Of a stretch of DNA of 64,000 nucleotides, positions 1 through 11,900 are shown in pieces. How positions within the stretch are numbered: position 1 is the stretch's first letter; every line of letters starts with the position of its first letter. Below the pieces are notes generated by a model, which saw nothing but the letters and a program-made list of their open reading frames with translations, was not told the origin of the DNA and did not search any database. A program made the translations under genes and the position numbers. Source of the DNA: Flectonema sp. DT1601 (lineage: Eukaryota); assembly GCA_964019425.1 (NCBI GenBank), contig OZ025798.1:124001-188000 (forward strand), read 5' to 3'.

Positions 1-3000
1 GGAATGTGCAGCGTCGCCTCCATCCTCGTCGAAACCTCCGCCCCGAGAGTCGGGCACAGCGAAGACCTCCCGAAAGTTCCCGCTGCACAAGCCGCTCCGA
101 AGTTGGCCGTCGAATCCACCGCAGGACCGTCGCAGTCGTCCTCGTCCACCGCCTCCCACTGCGAAACAGTTCCCCAAGTCGCCGACTTCGTTGGCAGCCT
201 CGCCGCAGGCTTCTTCGACAGTACCAACTTGAAGATGTTGCTCGCACCGACCTCTGTCACACCGGTTGTGTAAGAGTGGAAGTGGAACCCAATCTCCCTC
301 CCCGTCGGCGTGCTCGACGCAGGGGCCGACACGAACTGCGTCGACGCCCCTGCAAACGCCACCGTCTCCGCCGCCGGCCCCGTGAACAGCGACGTCACCG
401 GCCTCAGTGCCGTGTCCACGGTCCAAGAGTCCACCAGACCCGCCTCGGTGTAAAATGCAGAACGTTGCCCGCCCGCCCGTGGGTCCCTGATCACCAGCTG
501 GTTCGCCACCCCGCTTCCCTGCGCAACCTCTACCCAACGGCGGTCGTCCACCCCTCCTCCGAACACGTGTGTCGCGAAAGTCGTCCTCACGCACACCTTG
601 TACTCCACCCGCGCATCAGAAGCTACAGTCGGCAGCGCGATCTTCATCACCGCCACGTCGCTCGGCCCGTCCGCCGGTCCGAGGTTCGTCGTACCCTGCT
701 GCCTGTTAGGCGTCAACACTCCGACGTCTGCCGACAACCCCCACATCATGTTATCCGCCGAACCGTCGCTGCAAGAGTCCGACACCAACACGACCTTCGC
801 AGAGTCCTTCCCCGCGCTCGTGTCGTACGAGTCCAGGTTCTCCGACGAGGAACACGATCCCGCAGAGAAGCTGCATCGGATGAGGTTCACGTTGATCAAC
901 CCGTTGTTCGTCGGCTGGTTCCCCCCCGCCACGAACCAACGCAGCCCGTTGTCCTTCACCGAGTAAGTTCCCGGGTTCCACCACGAATTCGTGTGGTTCG
1001 CCGCGTCTAATCCAATCTGCATGCAAAGATGGTAATCTCCCTCCTCCTGCGGGGTCGTCATGAAGAACGTCAACGACGAAGACGAGTCCACCCTGTACAC
1101 CTTCGTCGATCCCACGAACGGAGAAGCCTCCGTCGATCCAGGAGCTCCCAGACAGTTGTTGTTGGCCAGCGCCGCGCTCGCCTTCACCAGCTTCGCGTGG
1201 AAAGTGATCCCCGCCGCCGCAGTCTCGTCCGGAACTGCCACGGTGTACTTCTGCAGCTCTCCTCCCAACAGCGTCGATCCTGCCGCAGGCGCGACCGTCA
1301 TCGTGTGCCTCGGGATCACCTCCCACTCATACGGAGTCTCCAGAATCAGCCAGTTTGCTGATCCAGCCTGCTTGTAGCAAACCTTGTACTGGTTGAACAC
1401 CAGTCCATCGCTTCCGACGTACTGCGGGTTGTACGCAGGCAGCTTCAACAGCGACGCCACCGACCTCGTGTTCGACAGCGAGTAGTCTCCCGGCACCACG
1501 TCGTCGAACAAGTCCGCCTCGTTCACCAACGCCGCTCCCAACAGCGTCCTGTCCGCCGACGCCGCCGAGCAGTCCTGCCCTCCGCAGTTCGCCATCGCGA
1601 ACGGCGACAGGCTGCACGCCGCCACCGACGACAGACCTGACCTCGCAGTCGTTCCGGTCCCGGCCACCGGACAGTACACCGACACGTGCGTGTCTACCAG
1701 GTCCGCATTCCAGTTCGTTGGGTTGATGTTGCACACCGCGTCCCTCTGCACCAACCGCAGAACGTCTCCCGAGTTCTCGCACCCGACTGGGTTCGTGCAC
1801 ACTCCACGCGGACCCGCCGTCAGCTCTTCCCGCACGTCCGTCACCAAGAACAACGCGTCCATCCCGGATCGGCGCTCCACCACCGACAGCGTCGGCCTCG
1901 TCCAAGTCTCTGTCCTGAAAGCCGATGAGTCCCACTCGCCACGGCGTCTGAACCCTTCCGGCATCACGTTCGCCGGGTCGTTCACCGACTCCACCCCCTC
2001 CGTCGGCGTCAGCTCCCGCCAGTTGTACCCCCTCAGCCTGTAGCACACACGGTACGCGTCCGCCTTCGGCAGGTCCAAGTAAAACGCCACCGCCGTCGTC
2101 ACCGCTGCATCTGCCGACGAACCAGCGCATCCCCTTCCGGCCACTCCCGCGTTCGCGTTGTTGCATTCCACCAGTCCTCCGTTGAAGTTCTGTGCACCCG
2201 TCTCCGGCGTCTGCCTGAACCCAGGGAAGTCGCAAGGCTCGCTCCTCTTCACCAACCTCAAAGCGCTTCCCTGGGTGTCCTCGAACACCGTCTCCCCTGT
2301 CGCCCAATTCCTCGTTGCAAAGTCCCACGCACGCGAGTCCAGCTTCACCGGGTCCAACTGCCTCAGCATCTCCACCACCAGCGGACCGTGAGTCTCCTCT
2401 CTCGTATCGTTCATGTACCACGTCGTGAACGGGTTCCCCGCAGGCATGTAGTAGTCCGGCACCAGCGCCTCCGTATCGTTGTAAAGCCTCCCGATGAAGT
2501 TCTGCCACTTTGCCGGCGTCGATCCCGTTCCCTCAAAGTGGAACGGCAGCACGCGCATACCCGAGTTCCTCGAAGACGTCAGACGGTAGCACACGAAGTA
2601 CTTCGCCCCTTCTGAGTTCGGAACGTAGATCCTCGAGTACGCCCCCGCCTGATCCTGCGCATCCCCATTCTCCGCAGGCACCGTCGGGTCCGCCATCAGG
2701 TTGTTCGACGCGCTCGGGTCCTGGTGTCCGTCCTCCGCGTACTGGTCGTCCCGACGGTCCCAGCATCCGGTCTTCGGGTTCGATCCCAACAGCATTCCGC
2801 CCGTGGCTCTCGCGCTTCCCGTCGCCTCTCCCAGACTCGCTGCCGGAATCAATCGGAAGTAATCTCCTCCCGCAGGCCACCAGTAGTTCCCCACGTCCCC
2901 GAAAGTCGAAGGCTCCGTGTTCAGCTTAGCCGCTCCAGAGTCGTCGAACACAATCTCTCCCCAGGTTCCCGGAGTCAGGTCCACCATCGACCACCCAACC

Positions 3001-4289
3001 CTCTCCGCCGCCACCGTGAAGTGCAGGTCGTTGTCGTTCGTAGGGCATCCCGCCGCATCGCTGGTGCATCGGTACAGCTTCCTCCACAACGGGATCACTC
3101 CGATAGTCCCCCCTAACCTCTTCACCCGAGTTCTCTCCTCCAATCCGGAAAAACACACGTCGTACTGCGCCCCCACCGTCGTCGGAAGGCGGACGTACGC
3201 GTAAGCGAACCCAGTCCTTTCCTCGTTGAAAACCGCGAAAGACGTCGCGTTTTCAAACTCGTTGTAGTTTCCGCTCGTGTCCCAGCTGTCGTACATTGGG
3301 TTGTGGAATTCCGTTCCGAACCGAGCCACTCCTCCGGCCGTCGCTCCCTCGCTGAATCCCGGATACGCCGTACTCGTCCATATTCCGTTGTCATTCATCA
3401 GGTTACTTCCCAGGTACCTCAGATTCGTGTTCGCCGACTGGTACTCGTAAGTGCATGCCCTTCCCTTCGGAACAATCTTCAGGTGGTCTCCCACGCACAG
3501 CCCCATCGCCGCTGAGTTCGCCAGCGAGCATCCCGTGCTCGAGTACGTGAAGTTCGTCTCAGCAAAGCTCTGAAGTTGCAGGATCGCGTACTGTCCGGCC
3601 GTCGGATCCGGCACCCTGTACCACGTCCTCGACTCAATCGACTGGAACGGCGTGGTCGACAACAGGTTCCACGTGTTCCGGTTCGGGTGCGGCACGTTCC
3701 CTCCCTGGAACTGGTAGCACACGACGAACCTCGACGATGCCGGTGCCGCCGTGAACGTCGCGTACAGCACGTCCGTCAGCGTCCTCCCCGCAGATCGGTC
3801 TGCCTCGCTCACACCGAACACCGTCTCCGTCGACAGCGCCGCCCCGTTGCAAGCCGACGCCCCCACCGTCGTGCTCGACGTCGTCGCAACCACTTTCAGC
3901 TGGAACGTCTCCCTCGCGAGGTCGAAGATCAACGCCCTTTCGCCCCCCACAGTAAAAGTCGCCGCCACCCTCATTCTCACCTCCTGTCCCTCGAAGAACT
4001 CCGTAGGCGCCCAGTTGTTCTGGAACCGTGCTACCTGCGTCAGCGACAACGACAACGTCTCCGACTCAGAAAGCGTCAAAGTCTCGGAGAGGGAAATCGT
4101 CTTCGTCAAAGACTCACTGTCGGTGAGCGACACAGACGCAGTTGCGCTCTCCGACAAGGTTGCGGTTGCGGTCTCCGAAAAGGTTGCGGTCCTTGTCGGC
4201 AGGGTACTCGTCTCGGTTGCGGTCCCCAGCGTAAACGTAGACGTAGGCGTACCCGCCATCGCCGTAAGCAGCGTCAAGACTCCCAACAT
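1..4289 (-). CDS. Giant putative surface protein, second tandem copy (5' part only; runs off the window's left edge)
   Basis: ATG at 4289 (MLGVLTLLTAMAG...). The sequence matches 15579-19867 at a constant offset of 15,578, and the ORF track repeats at that offset. Confidence 0.9.
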   Translation of the reverse strand, partial: MLGVLTLLTAMAGTPTSTFTLGTATETSTLPTRTATFSETATATLSESATASVSLTDSESLTKTISLSETLTLSESETLSLSLTQVARFQNNWAPTEFFEGQEVRMRVAATFTVGGERALIFDLARETFQLKVVATTSSTTVGASACNGAALSTETVFGVSEADRSAGRTLTDVLYATFTAAPASSRFVVCYQFQGGNVPHPNRNTWNLLSTTPFQSIESRTWYRVPDPTAGQYAILQLQSFAETNFTYSSTGCSLANSAAMGLCVGDHLKIVPKGRACTYEYQSANTNLRYLGSNLMNDNGIWTSTAYPGFSEGATAGGVARFGTEFHNPMYDSWDTSGNYNEFENATSFAVFNEERTGFAYAYVRLPTTVGAQYDVCFSGLEERTRVKRLGGTIGVIPLWRKLYRCTSDAAGCPTNDNDLHFTVAAERVGWSMVDLTPGTWGEIVFDDSGAAKLNTEPSTFGDVGNYWWPAGGDYFRLIPAASLGEATGSARATGGMLLGSNPKTGCWDRRDDQYAEDGHQDPSASNNLMADPTVPAENGDAQDQAGAYSRIYVPNSEGAKYFVCYRLTSSRNSGMRVLPFHFEGTGSTPAKWQNFIGRLYNDTEALVPDYYMPAGNPFTTWYMNDTREETHGPLVVEMLRQLDPVKLDSRAWDFATRNWATGETVFEDTQGSALRLVKRSEPCDFPGFRQTPETGAQNFNGGLVECNNANAGVAGRGCAGSSADAAVTTAVAFYLDLPKADAYRVCYRLRGYNWRELTPTEGVESVNDPANVMPEGFRRRGEWDSSAFRTETWTRPTLSVVERRSGMDALFLVTDVREELTAGPRGVCTNPVGCENSGDVLRLVQRDAVCNINPTNWNADLVDTHVSVYCPVAGTGTTARSGLSSVAACSLSPFAMANCGGQDCSAASADRTLLGAALVNEADLFDDVVPGDYSLSNTRSVASLLKLPAYNPQYVGSDGLVFNQYKVCYKQAGSANWLILETPYEWEVIPRHTMTVAPAAGSTLLGGELQKYTVAVPDETAAAGITFHAKLVKASAALANNNCLGAPGSTEASPFVGSTKVYRVDSSSSLTFFMTTPQEEGDYHLCMQIGLDAANHTNSWWNPGTYSVKDNGLRWFVAGGNQPTNNGLINVNLIRCSFSAGSCSSSENLDSYDTSAGKDSAKVVLVSDSCSDGSADNMMWGLSADVGVLTPNRQQGTTNLGPADGPSDVAVMKIALPTVASDARVEYKVCVRTTFATHVFGGGVDDRRWVEVAQGSGVANQLVIRDPRAGGQRSAFYTEAGLVDSWTVDTALRPVTSLFTGPAAETVAFAGASTQFVSAPASSTPTGREIGFHFHSYTTGVTEVGASNIFKLVLSKKPAARLPTKSATWGTVSQWEAVDEDDCDGPAVDSTANFGAACAAGTFGRSSLCPTLGAEVSTRMEATLHI

Positions 4290-4464
4290 CTTTCCGAGTT
4301 AAAGGGAAGATGTGTGCTCTTTTTATAACTTTGTTATTTGTTTTTGTGTTTTGCGGAGTCTCTTTTTTTTGTTTCCTTTTACAGTACGCAAATCTTCTCA
4401 GAAGTGTACCGAATGTAAAAAAGAATTCGAACCTGGAGGAGAAAATAGTTTCAATAATAATAAA

Positions 4465-4496
<32 letters not shown>

Positions 4497-4965
4497 TGAA
4501 CGTAATAAATAAATAAAAAACAACTCACATCACGTTGTCACATCTGTAGAGAAACAATGAGTATCAGTCCATATCATATTTTCTGACAGACAGCTAATCC
4601 GAAGCAAAGCCCTCGGCTGAGGGAGTTGGCAACAAAGGAAGGAAGCAAAAAGGGAACGGGAACAAGCAGGGGATGGCGGGAAGTACGGGGGTTGTCATGA
4701 CCTCTCGTGTGGTAAGTAATCCATTGAAATGACAGATCACTAAACGAAAATTATTACTTGAAGTAAATGTTCATAACATGACCGAGGAAAATATGAAATG
4801 TAGAGAGAAAGCGTCGGGCATAACACAACGCATAGGGAAGTAACGTTCATGTTTTGTAGTCATGACGTGTGAAAAACAAGAAATTCAAACACTTGAAACA
4901 AAGAGCCTTTATCCAAGGCATAATGATATACAATCGCATTTTTTCTGTTCTGTTCTGTTCTGTTC

Positions 4966-4997
<32 letters not shown>

Positions 4998-5935
4998 CTA
5001 CACAATATAAAAGAGAATTCCAAATATATGAAACTTAGGTCGTAGCTCTAGAGCTCGATTCCCACAGTTTAAAATAATTTCATAAAAATATCGACATGGT
5101 AATCAACAGAATTATGTAAAATAAGAAGGTTAAATATCTTTTGTAAGGAACTCTTGAATACCGTCAATTCCTGAATAGACCAGGTCACCAGGCAGAAATC
5201 TAAAACTCTGCCGTAGGCGAATTACACTTTCTTACTCGTTTTTCGTAATTTGTACCGAACGTCTTCACTGCTGAGTAATCAGAAGAATCGAAGACCAAGA
5301 ACCATCAGAGAAGGGGAAGGGGATTGGAATAAAGACGAGGCTTAAGAAAACTAACAGAGCAGAAGGTGAGCCACGCAGACTAGCTCACCTCTAACACCAC
5401 CATCATGGTGTGAATCTCTGCTGAGCTCATAATCGAAGTTTTATCAACTTCCGTAAAGTTATTATAAAGACACCGCAAGCCTTTAACAAACAAGAACTTA
5501 ACAACAACGTTTTGAACTCATGAAAGAATTTCTAACTAATCTTTAATTTCACAACCAACTCATAACTAAAGCGGCTATTAGAGCAAGTTGCTCAATGCAA
5601 GCCAGAATACCATCAAAAGAAAAGAAAAAAAAACAGGCAGCTAGATAAAAGACACCCATTACAAAGAGCAAAACAGAAATCCGGGATTGGGGGGAGCAAA
5701 GCATGTCCATCGCATAGCCACAATCGTGCAAATTTCGATGGATCAGCAACCATCACAATAAAAAGGTGAAAATGCCATGATCACAGTGACCATCAATAAC
5801 CCTCAGATACAGCGTGAAAATTTTTCGTTTCACAATAAAACTCGACAAGAAATAAGAAGAAACTGATTGAGGCACAATACAATCCTCAAGACACAAGATA
5901 GCTTCCAATGGCTATCAACAAACATACCATCAAAC

Positions 5936-8900
5936 CTACAGTGCGGCAACTACGATCGCCAATAGCGAACAGAACACAGCCAACAACTTGTTTGGTGACA
6001 ACATGTCTGAGCCGTTTGGTGGCAGTGTCACCAGATCCGGATTTGGAGTGGTAACTGGCTGTTCAGTGGTTGGTGGTGCCGTCGTCGCTGGTGGCGTCGC
6101 AGTAGTAGGTATTGGGGTAGTCGGTGGCTGTGCTGTTGGAACCGGAGTAGGTGACGGTGTGTCTCTCGCTCCAACTGTTTTGTTTTACATTAAAAGAAAT
6201 AAGTTTTTTTTCCCTTCGCCAACCGAAAACACACTTTCAAATTAAAAATCAATCAAAAGCCAATCCTCTTTTCCTAATAACTTACCGCCAACCTTGCTGC
6301 ATCCGGTGGTTGGGTTGTCGCAGGCTGGCAGCATGGCATACCAGCAGCTCCGCGGAAAGCGACGGAGATGCAACAGACAGTAACGCAGCACCTGACAGGC
6401 AAGCTGGTGGCGTTTGCCGCCTGACAAGAGCAGCAGCAGACTAAGGCTGGGGGGCGCACCTGGAAGTGACTTTCAACAGGGTTGCCCCCAGCAAGGGCTG
6501 GAATAGCAGGAGGAGAAACAAAGTGCGTGGAAAAAAGAAAACAACACAAAAAACATACCTGTAATGCTGGTGGCATTGACGTTTCTGAACGTGTCCGGTG
6601 CGGCCAAGATTAGAACCGAGTCATCAGGGTTCGCAATATCGTCTGCCACTGCCTTTCCAACAAGGTCTCCCACAGCTGACGGTTCTCCGTAGACGGTCGT
6701 CAACACCTGGAACTCGGCCTTTCCGACCAACTCCGCGACCGCCATCTGCTGCAACTGCTGCACCAATCTGTTGGCATTCGTCGTCGCGTTGGCTGCAACC
6801 CGGTAGTTCCTGCAGATGCTCGAGTTGCTGCGCATCTCGTTGGTGATTTCTACACCGTCCTCGACCAAGCACATGTACTCGAGCACAATCTTGTCCAAGA
6901 TTTGCAGTTCCTTCCTGATTACCGTGGCCATCGAATCCTCAAAGACCTGCTGGTTCAATCCTTCGAGGTACGTCTCAAACGTGGCAACGGTGAACGTACC
7001 CATGACAAGTCCCACCTGGATCTCCTTAGGAGCAGGCGCGGTTGGGATGTCTGCGGTTCCGGTGACGTTGAACTTCACGGTGCTGAACACCTTGCCGTCG
7101 CAGCTTCTCGTGGTGTCCCCGGTTCCCGACACGCACAAGAAGCTCAGGGTCATGTTCGGGCAGTTGTTGCTGAACTCGAGATCATCGAAGGTGATCACAC
7201 CAGCAACCGCCTTCTCGACGATCGGGGTGAGCGTGTCCACTAACCCGCTCGCGGTCCTTCCTCTTCCGACGAACCCGACGTGCGCAGTCGACGCACAGCT
7301 GCTGCTCACGACCACCGAAGACTCGAAGTCCCCGACAACCACGTCCCCGGCCACGTCGACCACCACCACGCTGAGGTTGAACTTCGTCAGCGGCTCCGAC
7401 ACATCGCCCCATCCGGCAGGCACGCTACACACTCCTCCCGGACACTTCACTCCGTTCGCAGGGTTCTCCAGCGAGATTCCGGTGATCCTCTGCATGAAGA
7501 TCTCAGCCACGAACGAATCGTCCTTCGCGAACGTCGTGTCCAGGTTGTTGTTGTTCTCCTCTGAGAGTTCGAACCCGGTCGTCGTCAGCAAGAACCGCTT
7601 CTCCCCGTCCAACAGTCCCCTGTAGATCACGTTCGGCACCGTCTTCTTCCCCTCCTGCAACGCCAACTCGAGCGCGCTCACCGAGGTCTTGCCGTCGATG
7701 CTCCACCCGGCCGTTCCGCAGTTCATCTGCGCGAAGGTATCGTGTTGGCAAGCTCCTCCTCCCGTGATGCATGTGTCGTACACGTTCGAGAACGGCGCCT
7801 GCCTCGAAACCGACGTCTTCGCGTCGTTGTCCAGGCAAGGGATCGCGTACGGCTTCAAGTACACAAGCGCCGTGCTGCCCAGGTCCTCCGGGTGCGACAC
7901 CACCGTCCCGGACACATCGCGGGCCTCGACCTTCAGGTCGAACGGAAATCCGTACACCCAGCGCATCGGTTCCGGACGCACGTTGATATCGTTGTACACC
8001 ATCTCGTCCCCCATCTTGAATTTGCCGCTCGCCGACAGCCTCACACCCTTGCGCACGAAGTACAGCTTCTCGGTGATCGTGATCCCCTCAAACGGAGTCG
8101 ACCCGTTCAGCAGCGGCGCCGCCGCCTCCAGCACGAAATCCCACGGGGAATGCGTGCAAGATCCCGGGGTCGGTTGGCAGCTCGGAAGCCTCGTCGTCTC
8201 GTCCGCGTCGATCGAGAAGGTCACCGATCCCGCTGTCGCCGTCGCCGTGTACGGTCCGAGCGTCGTCACCAGGTCTTCTGTCCCGTTTCCGCTCCCCACA
8301 TTACGCGTTCCCGTCAACGTGAACAGCGTGTGGTAGTCTCCCGCCATCAGGTTGTTTCCATCGTCCAACACCCTCACCGTCAGCGTCGATCCGGTCCCCA
8401 CCACCGCCGCGTCCTCCCCGTTGATCGTCCGTCCGTGCAGCGCCGAGAAGTTCGACTCCGACTCCAAGTTGATGTAGTTGCGGTGGTACTGCGTCACGAT
8501 CTGCACCTTCGTTGGACGCTCGATCGTCACCTCCAAGATCGACTCAGGATTCTGCGACGTTACCGTTCCGTCTGTCGCGAGGATCGGAAGCCCGCCCACC
8601 GCCGCCGTGTTCAGCACGCACCTCGCAGTCCCGTCGATGTCTGCGAAGTATCCCGACAGGTCGGCGCTGTCTCCGTTCGTCGAAATCGTCACCGCACACA
8701 TCCCGTCCGCCAGAGGCGACGTGCACGTGAAGCACCCGACTGGGTCCATCGAGCTCGCGGAGACCGGCACCATTCTTCCGCCAGTCCACGCCCCGGCCAG
8801 CCCGCCGAGTCCGCTCAGCTCCGCGTCGCTGTCGTAAGCCGTCAGCCCCAGCGCCACCGTCCGGTTGAACACGCTCCTCGCGGTCTTCCTCGACCCGCTC

Positions 8901-11900
8901 GTCAGCACCGGCACCGTCCCGCTCGTGCTCCAGTCCCAGATCGACAGCGTCTTCTGCGGCTTCAGCATAACCGTGAACGTCTGCTCCGTCGCCGTTCCCA
9001 GCCCGCTCGGCGCAGTCACCGTCACCACACACGAGCACTCCTCAGTCGCTCTCGTCGCCTCCAGCCAGAATGTCGCCACTCCCGCCTCGAAGCTCGCCTC
9101 CCCGGCTCCGTTCGTCCCGATCGAAACGCTGCACACGTCCACCGCATCCATGTTCACCACCGACGTGCACACCGCCGCCGCCGTCGCCGGCTCCGCCATA
9201 GGCGACACCGACAGGAACCACGAACGGTCCGTCGACCTCGCCGCAGGCTTCCTCGCCACCGTGAACGCCCGGAACGAGCAACGTCCCCCGGGAACCATCT
9301 GCGTCGAGTCCCGGCATCCGGTTCCCGTTGCCCTCGCCGAGTCGTCCACCGCCATGTTCGTCGCAATAGGCGAGAAGTTGATCAACGGAGCCTTCTTCTC
9401 TCCGAAGTTGTACGTTGGTCCCGTCACCCCGGTCACTGCGAACCGCACCGAGTACGCAACCCCAGGGGTGTCCGAAAGCTTCACAGTCGTCATTCCCACC
9501 GTTCCAGACGCCGTTCCGTCCGTCACCGTCGGGGTCGGGATACCGTTGTACACCCTCGTCCCAGTCGACAGCTCCTGCGTCGGCTCTCCAGTCGACAACG
9601 ACGTCAGCTCCACAGCCTGTCCCGTCATCTTCGCGCTGTACCCGACCTGCGTGTGCGACGCAAGCGCCATCGACGCAGACGAAACCTGTCTGATCCTGTA
9701 CGCCGGCTGGAACGCGAACGCCGTCGGTCCCGCAACCACGTACGAACGGTCTCCCAAGTCGTCCGCCGCGTACACCTCGAAGCTCCAGCTTCCCACCTCT
9801 GTCTCGTTCCTGAACCACTGCGTCACCGCCGTCCTCGCCGCTGGGATCGCGATGATCTGCGTCGGGTCCGTCAACACCGTCAGCTGGTGTGCTTTCGAGC
9901 TCAGCGACAGCGAGCACTTGAAGCACGCCCTCGTGATGAACAGCCTCACCGTCGCCGATCCGTCCCTCGACCTCGTGTCCCTTCCGGTCAACGCCGCAGT
10001 CGCAGCAGGCGAAGTCGGAACCGCGTAAGCCCCGGCACCGTTTCCTTGGCTCGCAGCCGCGTTCCAAGTCAGTGAAACCGACGCGTCGGTGCTGTCCCAG
10101 TCCGGCATGTTGTGCGAATCCGTCCTCCACACAGTCATTTGGAATGGCTTTCTCCTGCGAACCGCCACCGGAGGAACTCCCGCCAACAGCCACTGCGAAC
10201 CGCAAGTGCGAACGTTGTACTCGACCGCGGTTGCCGAAGGGGCGTTCCCAACAGTCGACGCGGTGTACGCCCTCAGCGGGAACGTCGCCGACCTCGTCGG
10301 CCTTCCGGTCCTCGACAGCGTGTACGACACCATCACCCGACACTTGCTGCACGACCTCGTGAAGTAGAAGCTCACCACCCCGGAAACCTCTGTCAGCCTA
10401 GGCCTGTAGCTCGCCGAGCTGAACTCCTCCGGAGACACTGCCGAGCACAGGTCCGCGGTGCTTCCCAGCTTCGCCGCCCCGTTCTGCAAGAACGCTCCGT
10501 TTCCGTACCGCATGCGCCTCGTGTCCAAAGCAGCTGCCGGAGAGTCCACCCACTCGCTCGTCACGTGGATCACCCGGTCCCACCTCTGGTTGCTCGGCTC
10601 CACCATCGCCCAACGGGTCGTCGTTCCGAACTCCTGCACGCTCTCCACTGACATCGTGAACAGGTCCCCCACCTGGATGTGCGCGTCCGTTCCTCCGCGG
10701 ATCGCCGGAAGCGTCTGCTGGTGGATGTCCACCACGTTGCTCTCTACCATGTTCACCGAGAACGGCTTCGTAATCTTCGTCCTCCCGGCGTACAGCGGAA
10801 TCTTGTCCGAAGGGTTTGTCGAGTCCGACCCGAACCCGTCCAGGCAAGTCGCTACGTCCGCGTTGTTCGTGTAGCAAAGGTCCAGCTGCAGCGTGCAGTG
10901 CTCACAAGGCTCCGAGAACATCGGCCACGCCACTGCCGCTCCCATCTTCGTACGCACAGCCGCGCCCCCCTGCTCCAACAAGAAGCTCGTCAGGTCTCCG
11001 TTGCGCGCCACCAACCCGTCGGACGTCAGGGAAGGCCTCATCGAGTACACATTCAGAGCCCCTCCGTTGTTGCAACGCTCCCAGCTCCTCTTCGACACCC
11101 GCACAAGCGTATCCGAGAACGTCCACGCCCGGTTGTTGTTCGTCGTCGTCGTCACGAGAGTCTGGATCGGGAACGGGATCCCGACCGACACTCCATCCGT
11201 GTACCTCCAACCCGTTCCAGGCTGTGGAGAGTACGTGCGGTAGTTGCTCGTCACTGTCTGCAGGTGACGCTTGCTCGGGCACTCGTCGTCCAGCGCCACT
11301 GTCTCCGCCACGTCCCACTGCGCGAACGTCTCATCCGGGTTCGCGAACCAGTACCGGTTGGTCGTCGACGCACCCGTCACTGACACAGAAGTCTCCGCCA
11401 GGTGCTCTGCGGTCACCACCAACGACCTCGGAGCAGCCTCCGTCGCCGCCACGTCCCTTCCGTAGAACGCCAGCGTCCCCTTCAGTCCCTCCCGCAGCAC
11501 CGCGTGGTTCAACAACACCTGTCGGTTCGTCGTCACAGGCACGTTATTGTCCACCGTCAACGACACGTTCGTCACCGTCGATCCCGACAACACCAGAAAC
11601 TGCGTTTCCGCGAACCTCACTGCGAACCGCACCGGCTCGTCGTACACGTAGAACCTAGTGTTCGGGATCGAAACGATGCTGTAGAACGCGAACACCTTGA
11701 TCGAGCTCAAAGTCGGCCCCAGTCCGCACGTAGGAGAAGATCCGCGGATCTTCAATCCCGCTGCAGGCTGGTTCTCGATGAAGGTGCTGATGCTCTTATC
11801 CACCGGAATCACCGTCAGGTACACCACCGTGCAGATCTCCAGGTTCGTCGCCTCGTTCAGCCCGGCAGTGTCCCACGTTCCAGCGCAGATACGGTACCCG

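Noticed and set aside
4423..4433. GGTTCGAATTC (minus strand; also ~20001-20011) resembling a tRNA T-loop/B-box
   Set aside because: There is no cloverleaf or A-box. It follows ttttctcctccag, which is more likely the trans-splice acceptor of the giant gene.
6473..6558. Hydrophobic C-terminus MFFVLFSFFHALCF... of the 4464-aa ORF as a TM anchor
   Set aside because: It begins exactly at a GTATGT donor and is T-rich intron read-through; a better in-frame terminal exon exists at 6174-5936.
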